NCBI GenBank assembly: GCA_024275015.1
Contig: JAJRZW010000032.1
Location: 30,755 to 94,754 of the forward strand
Direction: 5' to 3'
From: Deltaproteobacteria bacterium
GTDB lineage: Bacteria > Desulfobacterota > Desulfobulbia > Desulfobulbales > JAJRZW01
DNA length: 64,000 nt
The translations under genes were made by a program, and so were the position numbers. Numbering within the stretch: the first letter of the stretch is position 1; every line of letters begins with the position of its first letter. Under the pieces are notes generated by a model that made no database searches, had not been told where the DNA came from, and saw only the letters and a list, made by a program, of their open reading frames with translations. Positions 10,364 to 20,774 of the stretch are shown here, piece by piece.

Positions 10364-11014
10364 ATGAAAAAACAAAAAATCACCATTATAATGATCATGA
10401 CCGCAGCTCTCCTCACCAGCGACGGCGGCAAAAGCGCCACCACGATTATAGACGATTTTTCCCAGGGCCTCGGCAGCGGGTGGAAGATGAAAAGTTTTAA
10501 AGGCAATACCGCCTACACCCCGGTAGTTGAAGACGGCCGCCCGGCCCTCATGGCAGTGGCACGGGGCACGGCCTCCGGCCTGTTCCACAAGATCAGATAC
10601 GATCCCCGGAAAACACCTTGGCTGAAATGGAGCTGGAAGGTCGATCATGTCCTGAAAAAAGGCAACGCCCTGACCCGGGCGGGGGACGATTATCCCGCCC
10701 GGGTCTATGTGGTCTTTCCGTCGTTTCTGTTCTGGAAGACCAGGGCGATAAACTACGTCTGGGCCAACCGCCTCAAAAAAGACGCGGTTGTAGCCAATAA
10801 GTATACTGGCAACGCGATGATGGTCGCGGTGGAAAGCGGGGCGGTGAACACCGGCCGCTGGATTGAGGAAAAACGCAATATCTACCAGGACTACCGCCGC
10901 CTGTTCCACGCCGAACCGCCGGAGGTGGGGGCAATAGCGATAATGACCGACACCGACACCACCGGGGAAAAGGCCCTGGCCTGGTATGGCGCGATCAGTA
11001 TATCAGACCGCTGA
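10364..11014 (+). CDS. DUF3047-like secreted protein
   Basis: The ATG at 10364 gives a signal peptide (MKKQKITIIMIMTAALL). WKMKSFKGNTAYTPV...LKWSWKV...GDDYPARVYVVF resembles DUF3047. The annotated upstream extension runs through an R1 repeat. Confidence 0.65.
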   Translation: MKKQKITIIMIMTAALLTSDGGKSATTIIDDFSQGLGSGWKMKSFKGNTAYTPVVEDGRPALMAVARGTASGLFHKIRYDPRKTPWLKWSWKVDHVLKKGNALTRAGDDYPARVYVVFPSFLFWKTRAINYVWANRLKKDAVVANKYTGNAMMVAVESGAVNTGRWIEEKRNIYQDYRRLFHAEPPEVGAIAIMTDTDTTGEKALAWYGAISISDR

Positions 11015-11065
11015 AAAAACGTCCATGGCTTTTCAACCGTCTGACAAGTGGGTATCTTGATTAAA

Positions 11066-11280
11066 CCTGAATCCGTGGCGGCTTGGTGGCAACCGGGTAT
11101 GTATTCATCTGAATGAATACGTTTTTTACCGGATTTTCACTCCGGCGGAAATTTCACCCCACCGCCCTTCGGGAGTTCGGGAACGGCGCATCTGCAGTGT
11201 CAACCCGTTGATATACCGAAGTATCATCAACGGGTTTGTCTCCTTGCATCTGCGCCGTTCCCGAACGTCACGGATCCAGG
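11066..11280. repeat. MITE-like element R2, copy a (215 bp with 12-bp terminal inverted repeats)
   Basis: Ends are CCTGAATCCGTG ... CACGGATCCAGG. Nested hairpins: gggaacggcgca/tgcgccgttccc and caacccgttgat/atcaacgggtttg, with the loop taccgaagta. A second copy lies inverted at 38566-38784. Confidence 0.75.
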
Positions 11281-11409
11281 AAGATAGAATTTCCATCCGA
11301 AGCCAAGGAATGATGGATTCGTAACAAATAGCGATTTCGTCAAGGGATGATTGACCTGAAAGGCTGAGGATGATAATCTCGCAGAAATCAAAATTATGGT
11401 CTCATGATT

Positions 11410-11480
11410 AACAGTCCGTTGAAAAACAGACTGTACGCGGCGCATGGACGCAGTGCCGTGGATCGAAATCCTGCGCCGCC
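11410..11480. repeat. R1 repeat, partial copy B
   Basis: acagtccgttgaaaaacagactgtacgcggcgcatggacgc...; only the first modules are present. Confidence 0.7.
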
Positions 11481-11507
11481 ATAAAATACATCCGGGAGGA
11501 TAAAATT

Positions 11508-11972
11508 ATGACCAGGCGTCTTGCCATCCGCAGCCCGTTTCTTTCTCTTTTACTTTTCATTGCCCTTGGCCTCGCCTTTGCCGGTAACGCTGCGGCCAAT
11601 GGTTACGTCAGCGTAAAAAAAGACGGAGTCAATATCCGATCCGGCCCTTCGACCAAGGCCGAGGTCATCTGGGAAGTATTCAAGGGATTCCCCCTGAAGG
11701 TCCTGAAAAAGAAAGGGAAATGGGCCAGGACAGTCGATTTTGAGGGTGACCGCGGCTGGATTTACGCCTCGCTTTTAAGCAAGAAAAAAACCCTGATAGT
11801 CAAGGTCAAAAACGCCAATCTCCGGGTCGGCCCGGACACCAAGTACGAGATTGCCGCAACCGCTAAATACGGCGTGGTATTCACCCCGCTCGACCGAAAG
11901 GACGACTGGTTCAAGGTGAAACACAATGACGGCACCACCGCCTGGATCCACAAGGATCTTGTCTGGCCGTAA
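11508..11972 (+). CDS. secreted protein with two bacterial SH3 domains
   Basis: Signal peptide ending AFAGNAAA, then two repeats of the type V(K/N)xxxxNxRxGP(S/D)TK(A/Y)E...W(I/F).... Confidence 0.7.
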   Translation: MTRRLAIRSPFLSLLLFIALGLAFAGNAAANGYVSVKKDGVNIRSGPSTKAEVIWEVFKGFPLKVLKKKGKWARTVDFEGDRGWIYASLLSKKKTLIVKVKNANLRVGPDTKYEIAATAKYGVVFTPLDRKDDWFKVKHNDGTTAWIHKDLVWP

Positions 11973-12012
11973 GCGAACGGAAGCAGAGCGTAATTCTTAC
12001 GACGCCATCACA

Positions 12013-13230
12013 TTATAGCACGGGGCGGGGTTTATTGAACGCTATCATAAACAGGACAAACAGCCCCGCGGCGCAGGCAGCGGCGGCAGCGCCGAAATAA
12101 AAGGTCGCGACCGGACCGGCATGTTCCCACAGCCAGCCGCCGATGATACTCGCCGGCAGGGTCGCGAGCCCGGTGGCGGTGGTATATACCCCGAAGGCGG
12201 TGGCCTTGAAATCCGGCGGGATAATGGTAGCGACAAAAGCCTTCCCCGCCCCCTCGGTCAGCCCCATGAACACTCCGTAAGCCCCGAACAGCCACCAGAC
12301 CCCGACCGGATCCGACACCGTGGCAAAGCCCCAGTAAAGACCGGCAAAGAGGACAAAACCGAGCAGAATGATCCGTTTACGGCCAAAACGGTCCGCGGCC
12401 ATCCCCGCCGGTCCGGAAACCACAGAGTAAACGAGGTTGAAAAGCAGGTAAAGCACCGGGATCATCGCCGCCGATATCCCGACCTCCCCGGCCCGGAGGA
12501 CAAGAAAGACGTCACTGGAATTACCCAGGGCAAAGATGGTGGCAATCAGGACGAAAAAACGGAAACGCCGGTCAAAACAGCTCAATTTGAACCGTGGCCG
12601 ATCCACGCCGGCCACGGCCCTCCTTTTTTCCCGGATATAGATGGCGATCACTGCCACCGCAATCACCCCGGGGATCATGGAAAGCCAGAACACCCGGCGA
12701 TAAGTAGCGGCAAAACACCCCAGGAGGACAAATGCGATAAACGGCCCGATGACCGCGCCAAGGGTATCCATGGCCCGATGAAAACCAAAGGCCAGGCCCA
12801 GATGCGCCTCTTCGGTGGACTCGGCGATAATCGCGTCCCGGGGCGCGGTACGGACTCCCTTGCCGAACCGGTCGCAGAACCTTGCGGTCATGACCCCGTG
12901 CCATCCGCCGGCAAGGGCGATAAACGGCCTACTCATGACCGAAATCGCGTACCCGACGACCATGATCCCCCGGCGTCTGCCGATTCGGTCGGAAAACCAG
13001 CCGGAGAAAACCTTGAGCAGGCTGGCAGTGGCCTCGGCCACCCCCTCAATCAGACCGATAACCGTCTTGTCCACCCCAAGGACATTGGCAAGGAACAGCG
13101 GGACCAGGGGATAGATCATCTCCGAGCTGACATCCATAAAGAAACTCACGACCCCGGCAAAAAAGACATTGCGCCCGAGACCGAAAATCAGTTTCTCATC
13201 CTTAACCGCCGGTTTCATGTTCGCGTCCAT
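12013..13230 (-). CDS. MFS transporter
   Basis: About 12 predicted TM segments and the MFS loop motif SDRIGRRR. The start is placed at the ATG at 13230 (MDANMKPAV...) because the longer ORF runs into repeat R4-b. Confidence 0.8.
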   Translation of the reverse strand: MDANMKPAVKDEKLIFGLGRNVFFAGVVSFFMDVSSEMIYPLVPLFLANVLGVDKTVIGLIEGVAEATASLLKVFSGWFSDRIGRRRGIMVVGYAISVMSRPFIALAGGWHGVMTARFCDRFGKGVRTAPRDAIIAESTEEAHLGLAFGFHRAMDTLGAVIGPFIAFVLLGCFAATYRRVFWLSMIPGVIAVAVIAIYIREKRRAVAGVDRPRFKLSCFDRRFRFFVLIATIFALGNSSDVFLVLRAGEVGISAAMIPVLYLLFNLVYSVVSGPAGMAADRFGRKRIILLGFVLFAGLYWGFATVSDPVGVWWLFGAYGVFMGLTEGAGKAFVATIIPPDFKATAFGVYTTATGLATLPASIIGGWLWEHAGPVATFYFGAAAAACAAGLFVLFMIAFNKPRPVL

Positions 13231-13300
13231 CCTTATTCTCCCCTTCCTTTTCACCCCGGGCCGGTCTATTTCAAGACACACTTTATTGATGGACCCGTAA

Positions 13301-13407
13301 CAAATCCCCACTCCGGCTGAAAACGACGATTTCCGGGCCCCGGGCGGCGGGCTGCTGAAATCCCGAACTCGGGCCAAGCCCTCAAACATGCGGGATTTCT
13401 TAACCCA
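13301..13407. repeat. intergenic repeat family R4, copy b (5' of the MFS gene)
   Basis: See 2906-3011. Confidence 0.75.
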
Positions 13408-13511
13408 CGCCGCGAACCGTCCGTTTGCGACGAACGGTTAAATTGACCGCTGGACGATAACATACTAAAAAGATGATGATGTTGGAATAACCTGGGAAAA
13501 GAGCCACGACA

Positions 13512-15187
13512 ATGAACAAGACAAAAAAATCACAATAGCGGTACACGGCGGTCCCGACTCCCCCGGCTGGCTGGCGGCGAAAAAATTCTCCCCGGCAGCG
13601 AAGATCATCTCCGCCCCGGAACCGGCCGGGGTCATGACCATGTTCGCGGACACCGGTGCCGATCTTGCCCTGCTGCCGGTGTATAATACCCGTGAAGGCG
13701 CGTTTCATACCATACTCCGCCGACTGGAACGGCTTGAGCTTGGATTCTGGCGTGACAATATCGTCCTGCCGGTCAGTCTCGCCCTCGGCCACGGCGGCGG
13801 AAACGAGGTTCGGCTGATCTCCGGCCTCGCCCATTACCTGCGCCAGGCCGAGGGGTTCCTGACCGAGAATTTTCCCGCCATTCCCCGTCAGACCCTGGCG
13901 GAAAAGGACGGCGTCCCGAAAAAACTGGCCCAGGGTGAGGCGGTAATCGGCCCGGAAGAAATCCTCTTTGCCCGGGGTTTTCCCCTGGCAAAAAGGGATA
14001 TCGCCCCCTTCAACCGCACCCGGTTTGCGGTCATCGGCCGCGAACCGGCAACAGAAAGCGGTTATGACGCCACCGCGATCATCACCGCCCCGCTCATGGA
14101 CAGGGTCGGACTGCTGCACGAAACCCTGGGAGAATTCGCAAAGCGGGGGGTTAACCTCCTCGATCTCCGCAGCGATACCGACCTTGAAACCCAGCGTCTG
14201 CGTTTTTATCTTGAGACCGAAGGCCACCGTGACGACCCCGCTCTCAGGGCCGCCCTCTCCGGCATTGAGGAACGCATTTTAAAAGAACCCGGAGCCTTCC
14301 GGATCCTGGGGAGTTTCCCCCGGGTGGACATGCGCCGCAAGCTTATAAAAAAGATCGGCTTCATCGGTACAGGAGCCATGAGTCAATGGTTTGCCGAACG
14401 TATGCGGAACGAAGGCTACCGGACCGTGCTCACCGGCCGCTCAAGCGAAACAAGACCGGCGGAGATGATCCCCTCGGTCGAACTGGTCTGCGTCTGCGTC
14501 CCGATCAGCAAGACCGCGGCAACCATAGAAAAATTCGCCCCCCTGATAACCCCGGGTCAGGCCCTGGTCATCCTTGCCGGCGAGGCACACGCTTCCCTTG
14601 CCGCGGCCCGGAAGGCGTGCGCCGATAACGTTGAGGTCATGCTGGTTCACAACCTATGGGGCCCGGCGGCGGCAGGGATGAAAGACAAAAACGTCACCGT
14701 GGTCCGCACCGCCTCAAGCGGCCCCCTGTGCCGGGAATTCGAGGCCTTTCTCCATAAGCACGGGGCGAACATCAGCGTTGATTCCCCCGAGGTCCACGAC
14801 CTGTTCATGGGCTTCTGCCAGAAACTCCCCAGTGCCATGGCCGTGGCCCTGGCAATGACCGTGAACAACAAGGCCGTCTCCCCCAACGAGCTCGAGAGAC
14901 ACGCCACCCTGACCTCAATGTACGCCATTCTCGCCATGGCCAGAGCCCACGCCCAGAACCCGCGCACCTACGCCGAGATTCTGGCATCTCCCGGCCGCGG
15001 CAACGAGATCATGCGTAGTTTCGCTGAAAACCTGGACCGGATACTGGTCATGGGAGAAAAAGGAGAGGTGGCGGCAATCGCCGGAATCATCGAAGCCAAC
15101 CGCGACCTCCTCGGCCCCGACTTTCTCAAAAAGAGCATGGACACCGCCCTGAAAGTTGACGAGGTCATCAGCCGGGCAGGTAAATGA
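13512..15187 (+). CDS. bifunctional prephenate dehydratase (PDT+ACT) / prephenate dehydrogenase, with an apparent -1 frameshift in an A7 run near the 5' end
   Basis: 13634-15187 encodes the PDT C-terminal half and an ACT domain (GLLHETLGEFAKRGVNLLDLRS), then a TyrA-like Rossmann domain (IGFIGTGAMSQWF). The same frame upstream (13529-13633) encodes the missing PDT N-terminus ITIAVHGGPDSPGWLAAKKF but contains no start codon. The ATG at 13512 (MNKTKK) is in another frame and joins it through A7 at 13523-13529. Confidence 0.7.
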
Positions 15188-15306
15188 CAGACGGTTAAAA
15201 CGTAAGCGATCAATTAACCAAACCTGATGCAAAAACAATCGCACTCGATAATGGTTTCAGGGCGGCGTTCATGAAACGATTACGTTAAAACAACCGCGGC
15301 GGCCCG

Positions 15307-16752
15307 CTAAAACAGGCTGCTGTTGATCCATAGATGGCACAGGATACTTGCCCCGTAACCAAGGGCGATGACCGGGGTCCATTTAAGGTGAGCGCCAAAG
15401 GTGTAGGTACCGCGGGCGGTACCCATCAATGCCACCCCGGCGGCACTGCCGATGGATAACAGACTGCCGCCGACCCCGGCGGTTAAGGTCACCAGCAGCC
15501 ACTGACCGTGAGCCATGACCGGATCCATAGTCAATACCGCGAACATCACCGGAATATTGTCGACAATGGCCGACAGGATACCGACCGCGACGTTGGCGGT
15601 GGTGGCGCCGAGATCGTGGTAAAGAAACCCCGAGACCTTGGCAAGATAGCCGAACTGCGACAGCCCCCCGACACATAGGATAACCCCGTAAAAAAACAGC
15701 AGGGTATCCCACTCAGCCCGGGCCACCTTGCGCATCAGATCGAAATGATGCACCGGCGCGTCTTTATCCCGGGGGAACTTACCGTTATTCACCCCGAGAA
15801 TGGCATCGTACTCGTAGAGGCGCGTCTCCTTCATCTTGAGCCAATAGGAAAAGGCACCCAGGTAGCCAAGCCCCAACATCATCCCCGCCGCCGGCGGCAG
15901 ATTGAGGAAATTATGAAAACTTACCGCAGTGGCGATGGTCATCACAAAAAGGATCATGATCCTCCGGGCGCCGATCTTCATTTCCACCTTCTCTTCCGCC
16001 GCCGCCGGTGACTCACGGCTGATGGAGAAATGCATGAACACCGCCGGCACCAGCCAGTTGACAAGAGATGGCAGAAAAATATCAAAGAACTCTATAAACT
16101 CCACCTTGGCTTTCTGCCAGACCATCAGGGTGGTGATGTCGCCGAAGGGGGAAAACGCGCCGCCGGCATTGGCGGCAACAACGATATTGATGCAGGCGAG
16201 AACGACAAATTTACGGTTCTTGCCGCCAACCGCCATTGCCACCGCGCCCATGAGCAGGGCGGTGGTGAGGTTGTCGGCCACCGGCGAAATGATAAAGGCA
16301 AGAAACCCAGTGGCCCAGAACACCGCCCGCAGGGAAAAACCACGGCCGATGAGCCAGCCCTTGAGACTTAAGAAGACATTGCGCTCATCCATGGCATTGA
16401 TATAGGTCATGGCGGTGAGGAGAAAAAGCATCAGCTCGGCGTATTCGAGAAGATTACCGCGAATGGCCTCTTCGGCGGCATCAGGCATCCCCGCCTTACG
16501 AAAGGATAGAGCCACCAAAACCCAGATAACCCCCGCCGCCAGGAGTACCGGCTTGCTCTTTCTGATATGAAGTTTATCCTCAAGGATCACCACCGCATAG
16601 GCCGCGACAAAGAGCGACAGGGCAACGATCCCGGGAAGGCTGGTGGTCAGGTCAAGGATGATTCCACGCCCATCGGAGGCACAGGCGACGGCAACGTTTA
16701 CCAAAAAGGTAACGATCACGGCCAACGAAACAATAAATGGTCGAAAAAACAC
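15307..16752 (-). CDS. nhaD: NhaD-type Na+/H+ antiporter (ArsB/NhaD superfamily)
   Basis: Polytopic protein with ANAGGAFSPFGDITTLMVW and SAIVDNIPVMFAVL motifs. The start is placed at the GTG at 16752, preceded by AGGAG; the ORF is open to 16887. Confidence 0.75.
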   Translation of the reverse strand: MFFRPFIVSLAVIVTFLVNVAVACASDGRGIILDLTTSLPGIVALSLFVAAYAVVILEDKLHIRKSKPVLLAAGVIWVLVALSFRKAGMPDAAEEAIRGNLLEYAELMLFLLTAMTYINAMDERNVFLSLKGWLIGRGFSLRAVFWATGFLAFIISPVADNLTTALLMGAVAMAVGGKNRKFVVLACINIVVAANAGGAFSPFGDITTLMVWQKAKVEFIEFFDIFLPSLVNWLVPAVFMHFSISRESPAAAEEKVEMKIGARRIMILFVMTIATAVSFHNFLNLPPAAGMMLGLGYLGAFSYWLKMKETRLYEYDAILGVNNGKFPRDKDAPVHHFDLMRKVARAEWDTLLFFYGVILCVGGLSQFGYLAKVSGFLYHDLGATTANVAVGILSAIVDNIPVMFAVLTMDPVMAHGQWLLVTLTAGVGGSLLSIGSAAGVALMGTARGTYTFGAHLKWTPVIALGYGASILCHLWINSSLF

Positions 16753-17110
16753 AATAAGTTCTCCTGTTAAGGACAGATTGGTCCATATATGCCCGGAAAC
16801 GGCGAAACACGCCCTTCCGAATGAACATCCATAATAACGCATTCCGCCCCGATTCACGAGAAAAACCAGGAAAGCCGCCCTTGACATCCATCCCCGGGGT
16901 GGATGTATCCTAATACAATGTCGGCGAACCCGTAATTACTCAGGATGGCTAATTAAGAATTTCGATATACCAAGTAGCAGGGCTTTCTTGCGAGAGAAGC
17001 CATATCCCGCCATGGCGGGACCAAACGAATAAAACTGCGCTGCGACGCGGTAGATCGGAATTCTTACGACGCCATCAATACCTGACTAACCACAGCAAGG
17101 AGAACAGACC

Positions 17111-17593
17111 GTGAAGGTAAGGGATATCATGGAACGCACCGGTGACGTACTCAACCCGAAAACCACCATCAGGGAGGCCGTCGCCCGGATGCGGATGGCG
17201 GTAAGGATGGAGGACAAGGGGATTATCGGGGTAAAGGGGATGATCGTTGAAGACCCTCCCGGTCACCCGGTAGGGATGTTATCGATGATCGATATCCTCC
17301 GGGCGATCATTCCCTGGTATATGGAAGAAGGCAAGGTGGGCGGGTTCTCCTGGGACGGAATGATGGAGGCCCTGGTCCACAAGGTGGCTGACCGTCCCGT
17401 CGGCAAGATCATGGGGCGGGACCTGATAAGTGTTACCCCGGATACCATGCTGATGGAATGCGCCGAAATCATGGTCAAACATAATTTTCAGCGTCTGCCG
17501 GTGATCAATGCCGAGGGACACCTGGCGGGCATGGTCTATCTGCGAGACCTCTACCACGCCATTGCCAGGGCCTTTGCCGGGGAGGACGAATAA
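17111..17593 (+). CDS. CBS-domain pair protein
   Basis: MKVRDIMERTGDVLNPKTTIREAVARM... and a second CBS module (GKIMGRDLISVTPDTMLMECAEIMVKHNFQRLPVIN). It ends 2 nt before the next gene. Confidence 0.8.
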   Translation: MKVRDIMERTGDVLNPKTTIREAVARMRMAVRMEDKGIIGVKGMIVEDPPGHPVGMLSMIDILRAIIPWYMEEGKVGGFSWDGMMEALVHKVADRPVGKIMGRDLISVTPDTMLMECAEIMVKHNFQRLPVINAEGHLAGMVYLRDLYHAIARAFAGEDE

Positions 17594-17595
17594 CT

Positions 17596-18968
17596 ATGGA
17601 ACACCAAGCAGTCACGGCCTTCGGTAACGCCGTCAACATGGGTCCCGCCTTCTGGACCGCCACCGTAATCTTTCTTACCGCCTACGGGATCATCATCTCG
17701 GAAAAAATTCACAAGACCATAATCGCCATCGTCGGCGCCGGCCTGATGCTGACCCTGAAGATTCTCGAACAGCACGAGGCCTTCAACAGCGAGGCCCTCG
17801 GGATTGACTGGAACGTCATCTTCCTCCTAATCTCGATGATGATCATCATCAACCTCATGCGCCCCACCGGATTCTTCGAGTACATCGCCATCAAGAGCGC
17901 CAAATTGGGCCGCGGCGAGCCGATGCGGATCATGATAATCTTTGCAGTGGTCACTGCGGTACTCTCTGCCCTTCTTGACAACGTCACCACCGTACTCCTG
18001 CTGGCGCCGGTGACCCTGCTGATCGCCGACGCCCTTGAAATTGACCCGATACCGTTTCTCATCGCCGAGGCCATGGCCTCAAATGTCGGCGGCACCGCCA
18101 CCCTCATCGGTGACCCGCCAAATATCATGATCGCCTCCAAGGCCCAACTCAACTTCATGGACTTTATCTATAATCTGACCCCGGCGATCATCGTCACCAT
18201 GGTCGTTTTCCTCGTGATTATCAAGCTGGTCTTTGCCAAAAAACTCAACGTTCGACCCGAACTGAAGACCCGGGTGATGGCAATGAACGAAAAGGAGGCG
18301 ATCAAGGACCCGCTGATGCTGAAAAAATCACTCTTCGTCCTCTTTCTGGTTATCACCGGTTTCGTCTTTCACGGAACGTTTCATTACGAGCCGGCTACCG
18401 TGGCCCTGATGGGGGCGGGTCTCCTCCTCCTACTCTCCGGCACCCATGAGCCCCACGAGGTTCTGTCCGAGGTGGAATGGCCGACGATTTTCTTCTTCAT
18501 GGGGCTGTTCATCCTCGTCGGCGGGGTGGTGAAAGTGGGGTTGATAAAGTGGATGAGCCTCAAGGTCCTCGCCCTGACCCAGGGCAACATGTTCAGCACC
18601 AGCATGCTGATTATGTGGTTTTCCGCCTTTACCTCCGCCTTTGTCGACAACATCCCCTATGTCGCGACCATGAACCCCCTGGTGGCCGACATGGCGCACC
18701 AGATATGGCCCCACCTCCAGGGGATAGCGCTTCTGCACAAACCGGAGCTGATGCCGGTGTGGTGGTCGCTGGCGCTCGGCTCCTGCCTCGGCGGCAACGG
18801 CACCGCCATCGGCGCCTCCGCCAACGTCATTGTGGTCGGAATGGCGGAAAGGCGGGCAGAAAAATCAGCTTTATCCGCTTCATGGCCTACGGCATGCCGA
18901 TCATGATCATGACCGTGATTGTCGCCACCTTATATGTCTGGCTGCGCTACTATGTCCTGAACGTCTGA
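17596..18968 (+). CDS. ArsB/NhaD-superfamily (CitMHS-like) permease with an apparent frameshift near 18847-18852
   Basis: The frame-1 ORF ends at 18906 after ...ANVIVVGMAERRAEKSALSAS*. The hydrophobic C-terminus KAGRKISFIRFMAYGMPIMIMTVIVATLYVWLRYYVLNV continues in another frame to 18968. Confidence 0.7.
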
Positions 18969-19200
18969 CCGGGAAAAAAAATGGAACAATGGGGAGAAGC
19001 CCCCGGGCTTTCCCCCTTGTTCCGACCGGGATAAAATGCTACCCTGCCCCTGCACTCGGTGAAATCTACTTTGGTTCTGCCCATAAATGGTATTTTCGTC
19101 CGATCTATCAGCGTCATACGAAAAAAATAATGCTCGGAATATCAAACATATGCCTGCGCTTATTTCGTTAGCGGTCCTTGATCACGAACGTCCTCATTTA

Positions 19201-19354
19201 TCAGACCGTTAAAAAAGCCGTCCCTGGCTTTTTTTAACCCCGGTTGACCAAAACAAGTTCCGGCCAACCTCTCGATTTCACCGGGGTTTTCAACCCGGCA
19301 AAGCCGGCGGCGTGGACATGCGCCGCCTACAGTCCGTTTTTCAACGGACTGTTA
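19201..19354. repeat. R1 repeat, copy C (full length, inverted relative to A)
   Basis: ...ccggccaacctctcgatttcaccggggttttcaacccggcaaagccggcggcgtggacatgcgccgcctacagtccgtttttcaacggactg. Confidence 0.85.
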
Positions 19355-19385
19355 TGGACAGACACTACCTGAACCCAAGAGGCAG

Positions 19386-20774
19386 ATGAACAACTCCCCC
19401 CGATACGTCCCCCCACCCCCGCCCCGGATCTATATAGTAGATGAAGAGGTGGTCACGGTTCAGAACCTTGTCAAGACCCTGAGCAAAGACGGTTATGTGA
19501 CCGAAGGCTTCATTACGGGTCAGAATGCCCTGCTTCAGGTCCGCGACAATCCGCCCGACCTGACGATCATGAATGTTAATCTGCACGACGGCGACGGCAT
19601 CGACCTGATGCAGCGCATGCGGGCCGCCGCCCCGGAGATGGAGGTGATCCTGATAACTGATCACCCCGCCATCGATCAGGCGGTGGAAGCCACCAAGAAG
19701 GGGGCCTTCAACTATCTCAAGAAACCGGTCAAACTTAATACCCTTTGCAAGACCATTACCGACGCCCTGGGCCTGGCCCGACAGAAACGACGAAAAAACC
19801 TGATCTACCAGGGAATCCACGGCACCGATCACTTCGGTGAGATCATCGGTGCCGCACCGGCCATGAAGGGCATCTTCAAGACTATATCCCAGGTGGCGCC
19901 CCTGGATTGCAGCGTCCTCCTCCAGGGTGAATCCGGCACCGGCAAAGAACTGATAGCCCGGGCCCTGCATGACAACAGCCCACGCCGGGACAAACCTTTT
20001 GTCTCTTTCAACTGCGGCGCCTTTGCCGACGAATTGATCGCCAACGAACTCTTCGGCCACGAAAAAGGCGCCTTCACCGGTGCGGTCAGCACCAAACTTG
20101 GCCTGATGGAAACGGCTGACGGCGGTACCGTCTTTCTCGATGAAATCGGTGAGATGCCCCTGCCCCTGCAGGTCAAGCTGCTGCGGGTAATCCAGGAACG
20201 TAACTTCATCCGGGTGGGCGGTACCAATCCAGTAGCCATTGACGTCCGCTTCATCGCCGCCACCAATCGTAACCTCGAAAAAATGGCGACGGCCCGGGAA
20301 TTTCGCCAGGACCTCTATTACCGCCTCAAGGTGGTAATGATCGAATTGCCGTCCCTGCGCCGACGAACCGAAGACATTCCCCGACTGGCCAGCCACTTCG
20401 TCCACAAGGCCGCCACCCGCTTCGGCAAGAGCGTGCCGATTCTTAGCCGGGACATTTTGATCGAACTCGCCCGCTACAGCTTCCCGGGTAACGTCCGGGA
20501 GCTTGAGAATATCATGGAACGGGCCGTGGCCCTGTGCCAGGGCCGTTCCCTGAGACTGGCGGACCTGCCCCCCGACATCCTCTGCCAGACCAACGCCGCC
20601 GAACAGATCCCATCCAACGCTCCCCCGACAGAGATCAGGGACCTGGAGATGGATCACATCGCCAGGGTCTACCAGGAAACCGGCTACAACCAGACCGAAA
20701 CCGCACGTCTGCTGGGGATCTCCCGCACCACTCTCTGGCGTCGCCTGCGCAAGCTGCCTGCAAAGTCCCACTGA
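19386..20774 (+). CDS. sigma-54-dependent transcriptional activator (NtrC family) with an atypical receiver domain
   Basis: Receiver domain, then an AAA+ domain (GESGTGKELIARALH, GAFTGA, ESELFGHEKGAFTG-like region), then a Fis-type HTH (ETARLLGISRTTLWRRLRKL). The phospho-acceptor position reads PDLTIMNVNLHDGDG, with Asn where Asp is expected. Confidence 0.85.
   Translation: MNNSPRYVPPPPPRIYIVDEEVVTVQNLVKTLSKDGYVTEGFITGQNALLQVRDNPPDLTIMNVNLHDGDGIDLMQRMRAAAPEMEVILITDHPAIDQAVEATKKGAFNYLKKPVKLNTLCKTITDALGLARQKRRKNLIYQGIHGTDHFGEIIGAAPAMKGIFKTISQVAPLDCSVLLQGESGTGKELIARALHDNSPRRDKPFVSFNCGAFADELIANELFGHEKGAFTGAVSTKLGLMETADGGTVFLDEIGEMPLPLQVKLLRVIQERNFIRVGGTNPVAIDVRFIAATNRNLEKMATAREFRQDLYYRLKVVMIELPSLRRRTEDIPRLASHFVHKAATRFGKSVPILSRDILIELARYSFPGNVRELENIMERAVALCQGRSLRLADLPPDILCQTNAAEQIPSNAPPTEIRDLEMDHIARVYQETGYNQTETARLLGISRTTLWRRLRKLPAKSH

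Noticed and set aside
12121-13320. 399 aa plus-strand ORF opposite the MFS transporter
   Set aside because: The antisense product is Pro/Arg/Gly/Asp-rich and low complexity. The minus-strand product has a convincing 12-TM MFS pattern.
13400-14227. 275 aa minus-strand ORF opposite the PDT/PDH gene
   Set aside because: This is an antisense shadow ORF; the plus strand carries PDT/ACT/TyrA motifs.
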